64,000 bases of DNA, taken from positions 629,370 to 693,369 of the forward strand of contig NMRA01000011.1 of NCBI GenBank assembly GCA_002633005.1, given 5' to 3'. Below, one piece after another: positions 40,226-51,863 of this stretch. The position numbers and the translations under genes are program-made. Source of the stretch: Phoronis australis (Eukaryota; Animalia; Phoronida). Under the pieces are notes generated by a model. That model did not search any database. It was not told where the DNA came from and worked only from the letters and a program-made list of their open reading frames with translations. Each line of letters begins with the position of its first letter. Position 1 is the stretch's first letter.

Positions 40226-41900
40226 TCAGTTTTGAGTATTACACGTAAAAATGGAATTCACAATTAGATATATGCGCCGCTTTGTGGCGGCTATGTACTC
40301 ACCTGGTGTGCGCGCTGTTAACTTTTGAAACATATTCATGGCTGACTTTGGCTCTGATACTTGGCTTTGTGTTCTAAAAGCCGATGAATTTTTACCATGA
40401 CGTACTCCCCGAGGACGCTTCAACCTAATATCGCCAACATCTCACAGTAACTCGTTCGGTTAGGTTGTCATCGTGACCGATTTATTAAAATAGCTGACAG
40501 TGCACTGTCTCGTGTTCAAATAAATCGTTATCAGTCGTGAATTATTATTCACCATGGTAATACAAAATGCTGCGACATCTCCGTGGTATTTATCTTGTGC
40601 CGATTAATAAAGTAATGTGCATGACTTTATCGTTGTAGATGTTTAAAAGGATACCAAACCCGGTTTTAACCTATCAACACAGATACTAAAAACGACTTTC
40701 CGATTCAGTTCTCTGAAACAAAATAATGCGCTGCAACCATCGACAACCCTCAAAAGTTTTGAGGAAAATTTGAAAACTCTTCAAAGCCTGCTAAACGGGC
40801 AAGCGTGACTTACTCGTTTAGCCAATTACACTGCAAATGTGCGAAAAGACCACACACCAAAAATCGTAATGTCCAATCTGAGACATAGAGAGTATCAATT
40901 TTAACCCATTCCTGCGTTTAACCTGCAATCACCAAAACAGAGTTCAGTATCCCTTTAATTACAGAGACTACAAACACTGAAACCTTCTGTCTCAAAAAAC
41001 AACTTTTGATTTTGACCCCTTACCGTTATAAAATTAGTCTCAAATTGTTCTTTATTGGAATATTGGAGGTGGTTTCAGCGGCATCGAAAGAACTTGTTCA
41101 ACTTGGAGGTAATACCAAGGTATCGAAGGAACTGACGTATCATTATTGCTAGAGAGCAGGTTCTGTAGATTACTTTGTTACCGAGTGTCATTTCATGTGC
41201 TGAGAATGGTCTCGACTGTCAGTTCTTTGCAAAGCCGGTAAATGGTGTAAACCAAAAGTTTGCTTCTTGGACTATACTAGCCGCCTCAAAATGCCTTTTA
41301 ATTGGGGTGCTTTTTACACTTCGCCGGCTCTCGATCATTGTCTAAGACTATTCAAAATTTAGAAAGATATAATTTTACACATTATATCAAAGGTTCAGAC
41401 CTATCCGCGATAGAAATAACAGACCTTTGCGACATCTTTTGCCTTTTTCGGTAACTACGATGCAGACGCTACTCTCGTCTTAATTATGCAACGGGGACGG
41501 TTCCAGACCAAGGCGATCTACTTTGCACTCTTGTCACAATTAAAATCATATGACTGACCATTTCGACAAGGCCTGCCGTGCAAAAAATGTGACGTAGCAG
41601 ATGGGACAAATCTCTTCTGAGCCATTAAGTTCTGAGAGCCAATTCCATAAAATGAGAACTCACATATCAACACCAAATTGGAGATCTCCATTTCTGCATC
41701 GGCCACACCTTGAATTCAACGCATTTGTAACACACACCTCAAAAAGCAAGTCCTGACTTTTTGGAGCCACTTCCCAGGCAGGCACGTTTAGTCAAGTGGC
41801 AGTAACCAAAAAGACCGCCGAGGGTGCGTTCAGAAGACGTAAGAAACAAAGCTCGCAAAATCGTGCGACTGAAACGCGAGTGATTAACGAGTATATTCGG
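40226..41900 (-). pseudogene. Decayed LRR gene relic R
   Basis: SERTLGGLF, LICEFSFYGIGSQNL, NSSAFRT, MNMFQKLT, RRIYLIVNSIFTC (LRRCT-like). Confidence 0.5.
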
Positions 41901-41904
41901 AAGT

Positions 41905-42565
41905 TTACTAGTGTACCCTATCACTGAAGTGATTGAGGCTGGTAGGAAAAATTGGGCTTCATCTGTTAGGAATTTGCTGCAAAGGTATGGTTTTGGTTTG
42001 GTATGGTACAATCAGGGAGTTGGCTGCGAAGCATCGTTTCTTGTCATTTTTGAGCAGCGAATTAAAGATTGTTTTTTTACAAGACTGGAGCTTTGCTGTG
42101 GAGAATAGCTCAAAACTTAATACATATTTCTCCTTTAAAATTGATTTTGAAATGGAATCCTATCTGTTGCGTGATATTCCATATATCTTTTTAGCAGCTA
42201 TGGCTAAATTACGTTGCTCCAACCACAACTTGATGATAGAGAAAGGTAGACATACTCTCGTGGACCAAAAATACCGTGTGTGTTGTTTCTGTGTGTCCCT
42301 AATTGAAGATGAATACCATTTTATATGTGTTTGTAATATGTGCTGCTCTCTGAGAACTGCATTTATACCTGAGTGGTGCTGGCGTGAACCAAATAAACAT
42401 AAATTTGTAAAACTTATGAAAATGTCGGAGCCCATTGCTCAGATTAGTCTAATGAAATTTGCATTTCACGCCACTGCTCTCAGGGAAAAGCTGCTCAGTG
42501 TTATCCTGTAAATTTTATGTAACATGTGGGCCAAGGCCTTAAATGTTGAAATACATGAATTTGAA
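41905..42565 (+). mobile_element. 5'-truncated LINE 3' end (RTE-X/CR1-L2-like)
   Basis: GRKNWASSVRNLLQRYGFGLVW, a frameshift in a T run, then KLRCSNHNLMIEKGRH..RVCCFC..IEDEYHFICVC (C-terminal zinc knuckle); stop at 42511 and a short tail. Confidence 0.9.
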
Positions 42566-42599
42566 GTGATTGGTCAAAGAAGTAGTAGGCCTACATTTT

Positions 42600-43200
42600 C
42601 GTTCGCTAAACCGATCAGCGCCATCTTGAGGCTTGGGGACGAGGCTGGTCGTCTCCGTTCCAACGGTGGCACTAAGATTTGTCGACGCAAGAGCTTCGTG
42701 TGTGTCTTAGCTCTTCGGAACGCACCTCCAGTCTTTTCACAAACGTGTTACCTACACATTGTATGGTCATAGAAGTATAGCTAGAGTTATCTGGTATGAT
42801 TAACCTAATTTTCGGAAGTAAGGCCGCTAACGCACTTTTAAACCTACACTTTCACAGTGCTGCGAAAGGTAGCACTGTCGAACGTTAATAAACATGGCTT
42901 TCCATTGATTAAAGTAATGAAACCGACGTCAAAACATTTATTCATTCCAATTGGTTGAAAGTTGTGAAACCCTTTTCAAGTAAAATATTCGAAACTGAAA
43001 TTTGTATTTTTAAGTCGCTGCCCATAAATATGAACTTTTCGTAAACGTAAACTTAGATTTGTTGTATTTTTATTGTCAAATTTGCTTGAATTGAAGTTTG
43101 GAATTATGAAGTTCCGTCCGCATGCCCACACATGGAATTCTGTGATGTGTTCGTCATATTTCCACAGAGCCACTTTTCAATATAGGTGGCGCTCTGTCAG
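42600..43200 (+). pseudogene. Decayed LRR gene relic S, mirror partner of R
   Basis: RKSFVCVLALRN and LSNLLELKF. 42690-42740 resembles the reverse complement of 41808-41855. Confidence 0.4.
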
Positions 43201-43257
43201 CTGGTATTATAAACCGAGTCGGACACGCCTCAATCAGTTTGTCATTGTTTTATGTTA

Positions 43258-43411
43258 NNNNNNNNNNNNNNNNNNNNNNNNNNNNNNNNNNNNNNNNNNN
43301 NNNNNNNNNNNNNNNNNNNNNNNNNNNNNNNNNNNNNNNNNNNNNNNNNNNNNNNNNNNNNNNNNNNNNNNNNNNNNNNNNNNNNNNNNNNNNNNNNNNN
43401 NNNNNNNNNNN
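43258..43411. other. Assembly gap (154 N)
   Basis: Run of N. Single Ns also occur at 53035, 60957 and 63464. Confidence 1.
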
Positions 43412-43419
43412 NCCCCCCC

Positions 43420-45610
43420 CCCCCTTCCCTCCAACAATGTATGTTCGCAGTCGTTTTTCGAGTTTTCACTGAAGCGGGTGTGTCCATTTAGGAAAGCCAC
43501 TTTTTGTTTCTTAGTGAATAGTTCCGGCACGTCAATCAATCTACTAATTCCACCCAACCATGTCGCGCCAGGACCATGAAAACGAAACAACAGACCGCCA
43601 TCTTTGTCCCACAAACATTGGTTGCTAACAAAAGGGTGCGATGTGCTTGAAGCACTAATGCAGATCAACGATATGTAGAGAATGAAAAGTGCCTGCCGCT
43701 GATAAAAGCATGTCGTGGACTTCCCGATAAAGTATAGATTATTACCGAGAATCCATAAACAAAACACAAAGAGAAAGATGTTCACCTTCATAACGCTTCA
43801 AAAATATTTTCGTCTGATTTCATTTTATAGTATCTATGGGAAATTATATACTGGTCACATTATTTGTGTAGAGTAATTGACGAAAAGAGTGTGTACATCT
43901 CAGATCACTGCTACCACATCAAGCAAATCATACTAATCACGTCTAAAAATCTTGAACAAGTTTGTTGGGCCTGTAGTCATCTTTCGCAATGTTGAAGTCG
44001 AAACTTGAAAAACCCGTACTTTCTTGGTAACCACAGTACTCCAAGGTGAAATATAATAAGCTTGCTGGTCGGCAATAAAATTCAAGCTTGCCACTTACCA
44101 GTCAAGTAACTGCACTGAACAATCTCGAACACTGAACATTGGAAATTGCACAGCATGGCAATACTGGTATAACGCATAAAATTTTAAACTATAATCATAC
44201 TTGTCGTTTTTTTCGTGAGAATTCATGTTATGACTGAAGAGCTCACAAATTGATTTCAACGTTTAACTTTAATTATTCACTTGGTTAATTCATCTTGTAT
44301 TTCTGCCAAGTGATTAGTACACAAACAGACAGTTCAGCGAGGATAGCTTTAAGAAAGACAGGTTGTGGATTATCGCCTCTAACATAAGGAGCACTAGAAT
44401 TCAACGTCGTGTGGCACCACTGTTAAGCTTAGTCGACAAGGTTTCCCGGAGAATATGTAGTAATGGTTAAACATGGTAGGACAAAAAGCTTAAATAAAAT
44501 TTGTCAAGCTAATATTGGACAACTTTAACATGAAGATGTACCTTCCAGCTTGAAAAAGCTTACTTTTGTTCAAGCTAGTCGACTTTAGTGTAATAGGTAT
44601 GATAAAAATATACAACATTGGTTATAATTGTGTTACTCCACTGGAATCAACCAACTGATAACACGAGCTATGGCCAATAGATGTCGCGAACGCAACCGGC
44701 CGAAGTTGCAAGTGCGTAGCTGCTCATGTTCGCGTAACTGGTGGATTGAAAGGGAAAGAGCGAATGTTTCCAAACGTCGTACGCTGGGTTTTTGAATATT
44801 TTTTAATTTAAACTTCCGTATAACCTGAAAAGGTCTAACAAGAAAAACAATCCTACTTGATATCCCAACAGAATATATAATTATATATTCAAGTTGCCAT
44901 TTCACGACTGGTAACTTTCAGTCTTCACACACTTAGCATTGTGTAGAGACCATTCTGTCGTTGTACAGTTAATGGCAGGAATTGGCATTTAGGTACAATC
45001 CAATTTTGATTTTTGTATCTCAGGCGTCCCGATATCACCATGGCACTGAAACGATTCCAGAATTTGGAGTGGCTCTCAATCTAAGCAAGCACATACGACA
45101 GAAGGCCTACATTACAACGATTATGAGAGTCAATTAGATTGTGATCATCAGTAATACAATTACCCTAACAAACTGAACAGTACGGTGCATTATAAGAGAT
45201 CAATACAGGACCTCGCGATTGCTTTATATCGCAATAGATTGGCTTCATTGTCATACTTGTAAAGCTGCAATATGTAAATAATGACCATCCATAAAAAGTG
45301 CTAGAAGTACTCCGTCGAAGCTGCATAGTTGTCCCATATCTGACCTCCAACTGATATAACTTTGGAAAATTTCAATTCACAAATCATGGCTGCTGCACAC
45401 CGCAATCACGACCGTTCTTGTTCATGTGCCAAAGAAAAATTTGCAATGTAACTTCCTGATGTTTTTTGTTGCCTTTGTTTTACATTTAACGCCTGGTTGG
45501 CCTCGTCTCATAAATCCGGTCACTATTTTACCCCGAAATTTATCTGTCACGGAAATTTCATCATAATTTATTAATAGGTTCGTCGCAAAACAGACAAAAG
45601 GTGGCAAAAG
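43420..45610 (-). pseudogene. Decayed LRR-7TM GPCR gene relic T, running into the assembly gap
   Basis: LRRs NYDEISV, STSSTFYG, QLEYIII, RPFQVIRKFKLKNI and VRRLETFAL. TM1-2 IFLFVFCLWILGNNLYFI..ALFILYISL..HPF...W (~43600-43790). Confidence 0.6.
43945..44590 (+). repeat. Dispersed ~0.65-0.85 kb repeat rich in AAGCTTG motifs, copy 1
   Basis: Shares blocks such as aagcttgcca, ctgaacaatctcgaaca, atggcaatactggtata and tcacaaattgat with 45740-46590. Confidence 0.8.
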
Positions 45611-45739
45611 TAACTGGAGAGGAAACTTGAGTCATCTCTTGTAAGTTATGGCTAACTTTCACAATAACGCAAATCATTTCAGGAAAACAAGGGTTTGTGA
45701 AACACTGATGGAATGTCGGGGGTATATTTAACTTTGAGC

Positions 45740-46590
45740 AAGCTTATTTAAGCTTGTTGAGACATACCCCTTCTTTGATATCTTTCTCCGACTTTGTATT
45801 TCCTTGCTCTCTTAATAACTTTACTCGCTAAGTTTGAACAACTTTGCTCAACGGAAATAGTCAGAAATATAAATGAAGCAGGTTTAAAATTCTTAAATAA
45901 GCTTATTGAGCTTGTCACCTTTTTCAGCATTGACGTCTAAGTTTGAAATAGGTGCCCTCGTGGTAACCGTTGTTCTCTAAGCTGAAATAAGCTTGTTGAT
46001 CGGCAATATAATTGAAGCTTGCCACACACCAGTTATGTTGAATAGTGACGCTGAACAATCTCGAACAACTTCGGAAATTGTATGGCAATACTGGTATAGA
46101 CGCATTAAACTTTAAAAAAATATAATAATACTTGACATTTCATTATGTGAACTCATTTTGAGACTAAAGAGATCACAAATTGATGCCAACGTCTAATTTT
46201 AATTATTTCGCTGTTAGATTCAACTTTAATTTCTGTCAAAAGATTTTAACTGCCCGTTTGTGTATTAAAATACAAACGGGCAGTTTCGCGTGGACACGTT
46301 TATGAAAAGCATTTCTTGAATTCTCACACCTAACAAGATTACATTTTACATAAGGAACAAGTAAATTCAACATCGTGCCAAAATTACTTTTAAGCTTGGT
46401 CAACAAGGTTTCTCGAGAATACGTACTTTGTTTGAAACGTACTTTGTTTGATTAGTATTTGCCAAGCTTAAATAATGTTTCCCAAGCTTGATTAATATTG
46501 TCCTGAAAAATCGTGAACATAAACACGTACTTTTCAGCTTGAAAAGTGTTACCGAGTGGGGATTAATCAAGCTTGTAGAATTCAGAGTCG
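45740..46590 (+). repeat. Same dispersed repeat, copy 2
   Basis: Direct repeat of 43945-44590 and inverted relative to 47625-48480. Confidence 0.8.
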
Positions 46591-47103
46591 TAGTGATATA
46601 GTTTTTTGCTATTTTTACTCATTTGTTCCACAGTCAATTAAAAACACGAGAGAAGCTGTCACACTTTCAAAAAGACAACATTATTGTTTCATGGTGCAGC
46701 ATCGGTAATTAAATCGAAGTTTAGAGTTAGGCCTCTTGTAATTATGAAATTAGTCTCAAAGTTTCCCGCAGTCAAAAAATGTGCTAGTTTCAAAGCTTCG
46801 AAAGAATCGATTCCTTCACACAGTGACCTGAAACTTGATCTGAGGATATATGTCAATACTTCCGTAGACCAAACTGAGTAAGGAATATGAAAAGGTTAAT
46901 TACATAACACTAAATGACCTAAGTCTAACTTTCGACAGAACGCATGTGATTAATCTAGCTTTAAAATCTATGTGTGTCGTAGATTCTAATCCTCCTTTGT
47001 GTATCATGGGCGCCTGAACCGGTCCAGTAGGACCTCTATACCCCGTACGGGACGGAATACTCCTCCCTTACCCCCTTCATTGCCGAATTCGTTGGCCATT
47101 TTC

Positions 47104-47259
47104 CAGTGCTGTAGTGGTAAAATTAGAGGTAAGTAGGCGCCCAAAGCCCACCGTATCACCTTGAGCACTGAACATAACTTACGGTGCGTAGGCGCTACGT
47201 TCAAATGCCAAAAGGTGGTTGGCTGCGCCAACGTGCGCCTACGCCCCACTACAGCACTG
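47104..47259. mobile_element. hAT-like MITE
   Basis: Perfect 14 bp TIR cagtgctgtagtgg / ccactacagcactg; degenerate 8 bp TSD ccattttc/ccgtttgc. Confidence 0.75.
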
Positions 47260-47624
47260 CCGTTTGCTGAACTAAGACACTGTATACGTTTTTGACACAC
47301 TCCATTGTCCCCATTTAATAGTAAGACGTAAGCCGAAGATATCGAAACACTTACTACCTTTTTCCAGACTTTATACCCCGAGGCAGTAATTTCTATTCAT
47401 CTGGAAACGAATACCAGCTAAAAAAACAATCGATATTACGATGCCGTAAGCCGATATAATGGTTATTAAATCCCAGAGGAGCAGTGAATCAATGAATGCA
47501 TGTTGGCTCCATTAATTCAAAAATAAAGGAAACTGATACGTTCAGGAGCACGCGAGCACGGGTTTGATCTCTCTGCCACGTACGACACTAAGTTTGATAG
47601 GCGTGATAGCCCTTACTCACTAAC

Positions 47625-48480
47625 CCTTTCAAGCTGGAAAGTTCATATTCATATTCAAATTGACCAATTTTATTCAAGCTTGGCCAATATTATTCAAGTT
47701 TTTTCTTCTACCATGTTTTTAAACATTGTTAAAACAATTGCTGGTTATTATTCTCGGGAAATCTTGTTGATCAAGCTCAAAAGTGCTTGTCACAAAAGTT
47801 AAATATCCTTGCTCCTTACGTAAAAGTAATCATGTTAGGTATGAGAATCAAAAAAAAATGTTTCTCTAAACGTGTCCACGCGAAACTGTCCGTCTATGTA
47901 TTAATCTTTTGACAGAAATGAAAGTTGATTCTAACAAGAGAATAATTAAAGTTAAACGTTGAAATCAAATTGTGAGCTCTCTAATCATAATATGAATTTC
48001 AGCAATTGCACGACAGGTATGATTATTATTTAAAATGTTATGCACTGTACGACTATTGCAATGTTACGCAGATTCCAAGGTCATAATATGCAAGTTCACA
48101 TCGTAAAATGACAACTATTATAACGCTATTGCCATGTTTCGCAGATTCCAAGGTTGTAGTAAATTGTTCAGCTTGATTGTTCAAGACGACTGGTATGTAG
48201 CAAGCTTGAATTATACTGCTGACCAGCAAGCTTGTTCCAGCTTGAAGAACAACGATCACCAAGAGAACGGCAATGTTCCTCAAGCTTGTACTTCAATGGT
48301 TAAAAGGTGACTGACTAAATAAGCTTGTTCAAGATGTTTAGACCTGATTCATTCATAATTCTGACCACTACTGTTGAGCAACGTTGATCAAGCTTACCGA
48401 GAAAAGTTAACAAAGGAAGAAGGATGATATGAAAGAAGGCATTTGTGCCAACAATTTTAAATAGTCTTGCTCAAAGTTGG
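47625..48480 (-). repeat. Same dispersed repeat, copy 3 (inverted)
   Basis: For example aaacgtgtccacgcgaaactg is the reverse complement of cagtttcgcgtggacacgttt in copy 2. A weaker relative may lie at ~1-450. Confidence 0.8.
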
Positions 48481-48849
48481 GTCAGTACGAATTTACGATG
48501 CTACAGTTCAAAATACGTACAGTTGTGCATAAATAAAGCAAGTTTAATCTATATTTACGCCACTTGTCAGTAAGGTCGTCAGCATTTCAATCATGTAAAC
48601 GTTTGTGAAAGTCTACAAACGATTTTCAACCCTAATAACGCTTCCTGCCGGCGTTGCATGATCTTGACGACCGTCTCACGTCACAAAAGTGACACTAATT
48701 GTATTCTTACAAGTTTGTCTCTTAAATAATACATGCACTTTTAGCTATTGAGTGAAATTGATTACAAAATAGATGAACAATTTCCGTGTTCATAGCTGGT
48801 CAGGGGGCCAAGAATTGTCTCATATAATTACAGATTTAATGATTTAGTA

Positions 48850-49950
48850 GTGTGCGCCCTAGTAGGACTTTTAATAAGACAGCTTTATTTCATGAGAGAA
48901 TTTCTAAATGTTTGGAAAAGCGGTATGTCAGATTGCAGCAAGAAAGAGGAAGTAACCACGTGTTCTCTCTGGTGTCACGTGATGGTGGACACACTCAATT
49001 TGAGAATGTTAATAATGTCCCACAAACCTGCAGAGTCAATCAAGCCATTTACATAGAACAAGTTATGTCAATTAGCAGAAAAACACATCGTTTAACCAAG
49101 TTCTTGCAGAGAACACTGTAGTTCAGCTGTCAACGGACACGTGACTGTAGCTTTTTATCCTGTCGCCCAGACGCATGCGTAATACTAGTCCACCCATAAA
49201 TAAGGTTGAGCAGCAGTTTCATCTAACATGTATTGTAAAGTTGGTCGTTTCCAGTAAATTCAAGGCTTTTAAACGATCTTCAAATGGCCTTAATAACCGA
49301 CACCAAGTGCAGGCCCAATTGTTCGATTCTTTGTCTATTTCAGACTCTTTCAAGACATTTTATCAAAACCGTGAGTTTTGGGAGGATTAGCGGATAAAAG
49401 AAAAGGCAAACACAGCTTTCTGAGTCTGTCATCGTGATGGTTAAGATTATGTAGGACCCTCAAAAAGTGACCAAGTCTAGAAAACTTTGGAGTTCCATAT
49501 CTCAGAAATGCATCGTTCTCCAAAGCGTTGCTAGAAATTGTTTCTAAAATGAACCACTTTTGCATGAGGGCTATCAAAAACGGTGTAACAGCGTTTTTGA
49601 AATCTCATCTTAAACATTTATACGAGAAAAATTTGGTCATATTGCTGATACCGTTATTTTGGTAATGGACAAACCTTTCTTTCTTTTTGCTAAATTTTAC
49701 TTTAACATGGTCAATTGATCCAATTCATAACAGATTGGTATAAAGTCAAATTTCAAATCCTACAGGCTTTCTATTTCCAGAAAATATGTACTTTTACTAA
49801 TTTGAAATGTACAGTTTTGTAAATAATTGGCTAAAAACACCGGCAGAGGATGTTAGAGGCCGTTGCCGTCAGTACTGTCAGTACGACTGTACCAAATGTA
49901 ACAAGCTTGTGCGGTTCGAATCTCATCTTATCTCGCATTTTGTCACAACC
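48850..49950 (+). pseudogene. Decayed LRR gene relic V including the Cys-rich hinge
   Basis: RPSRTFN, QVMSISRKT, KAFKRSSNGLNN, QLFDSL. After the insertion at 49453-49790: MYSFVNNWLKTPAEDVRGRCRQYCQYDCTKC. Confidence 0.55.
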
Positions 49951-50129
49951 TTTGAATGTAATTTTGAGATATTTGGCTCTTACTTCAACTTCCTATCACC
50001 ATTCGTCTCCTTCCACTTTACACAGCATATTACAAAATCGTCAATTATATTTTATTTTTAACCAGCAAAAATGCTCAAGCAGGTTTTGTACTAATAACAG
50101 TAGAATTTCATTTTTGATGAAAAATCTCT

Positions 50130-50450
50130 AAACTCACCAGAATCAGTGGATCCTCTTGAAATCCAGCTGGAGATGCTAGCTCCGCGGCTTAGTTTACGAG
50201 TCTTATCCATAGTCGTATTTCAAACTTAAACAACGGAGTCAAACAAATTGCTCGAATGGTTTCTCAGGCCTTCAGCAACAAAACCAACATAGACTGAAAG
50301 CATATCTCTCATACGGCTAACGACGCTGAAAACGGAGAACATCAATACGTCCCCGGATTTACCCAATAGAACTCAGTGATCGTCCAATCAAAACAACTGT
50401 CGGCGGAAAATACAACAGATTTATTCCCCAATTATATATTGAGGAATAAA
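50130..50450 (-). pseudogene. Possible further LRR relic W
   Basis: LGNKSVVFSADSCF, WVNPGTY, RYAFSL, SNLFDSV; short and weak. Confidence 0.3.
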
Positions 50451-51809
50451 CGCCAAACATTACCACATTTTCTTGTATTTGCAAAACTTTGATTTTCACT
50501 GTGTTGCGTCATGCCAAATCGATACGAGGCAGGTGAAGATGATTAGTTTCTGAGGATAGCAAAACGGGGACAGATGTGGCCTGAGCGGATTACGAGTAGA
50601 AATAGATGAAAGCCGAGTAATTGTCACGCCAGTTTTGTTTGTTTTAAAGTGGAAAGCCAAATACTTCTGACTAACGTCCTAAAACAGATACCGTGAATGC
50701 TTTCCTGAAGAGACGTCACGCTATATTAGCATTTGCCTTAACCCGGCAGTCAACTGCAACGGCACCATGCTTTTGTAGGTATTAATTTTAGTATCTTATA
50801 TCCCGGAAACATAGAATTATTGTTAAAATTATGTTGGAAACAAAAATACCGGCATTCACTGTGTAAGTTCAGTCTAAAACAATGTTTGATTTAAGTCTCG
50901 TATGGCATTGGTCTTAAACTGTTCCTTGATCAAAATATGCGGTATTTCTGTGCTTGGAAAGAATAGCACTTCGTCATTTCTTCAGAACAAGGTCGTAAAA
51001 TTTCAGATGATAAATGAGCTTAATTGAACTGGTGAAACAACGAACTGTCAGTTTGGAGGCTGTGATCACTTCTAAACTGAGTAAGGAACAAGAAAAAAAT
51101 TATAAAGTCAAGTGGACGGAATTAAAACTTGATTTTTACAAAACGCTAGGGTTTAATAGCGCTTTAATAGGCGAACCACAAACTTGATAGAACATGACAA
51201 TTAAGTGGCTTCAAACAAATACTTGTAATGCATCCCAACGGGCGCCAATATATCCGATATATTTATGTTGCATTATCTACTGGTAATCGCATACTCTGTG
51301 AATCTATTATAGCTCCCATCCAATGACTCATTAGTAGCTTTCAATTTGACCCTTGATAACATGACATCATTAAGTTGCAAACCAATTGGACATTCCGCCA
51401 ACGTTACAAGAAACAAGAGGAGATAGATTTCATTTGAGTCTGGCATTAAACGTGGAATACACTTCAGGGGACAATAACAACATTAATTATATGAATAAAA
51501 TTGTTTGGACGATAAAAAAACAACAAGGCACATACCACAAAATAATTTATTCGATGATCATAACTCCCTAAATAACAAATGTTTGATAACATCACCTCAT
51601 GGTGACCATAATAGTTGTTGACACCCAGTCATAAATACCAATGGTTTTCGCCTGAGTAATAATCATCTTCAGTGTATTTGAAAGAAGGCTTCCTTCCCTA
51701 ACAAACCACATTCAAAAATAAAAATTCTTATCATAATTATTTCAACGACCTATGCTGAGGTTATTTGTGATTAAATGCTAGTCAAAAGCGGAAATATCAA
51801 CAAAGAATC

Positions 51810-51863
51810 TAGGCAATGACCATTGCCTCTGTTGGCCCCAACAGAGGCGATGGTCATTGCCTA
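51810..51863. repeat. 54 bp palindrome flanked by a 9-11 bp direct repeat
   Basis: 26 bp arms with one mismatch and a 2 nt loop; caaagaatc on both sides. Confidence 0.9.

Noticed and set aside
41933-42511. 192-aa ORF as a host zinc-finger gene
   Set aside because: It matches the C-terminus of LINE ORF2 and is frameshifted relative to its upstream part.
46684-46881. Additional LRR relic (KESIPSHSDLKLDL)
   Set aside because: Only one weak motif between repeats; too little to list as a feature.
48679-48692. gtcacaaaagtga resembling the 3' part of miR-153
   Set aside because: The seed region (ttgcata) is absent and there is no convincing precursor hairpin.
520-50450. Calling the LRR relics Toll-like receptors
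   Set aside because: I found no TIR box motifs after the LRRCT segments; several are followed by 7TM motifs instead.
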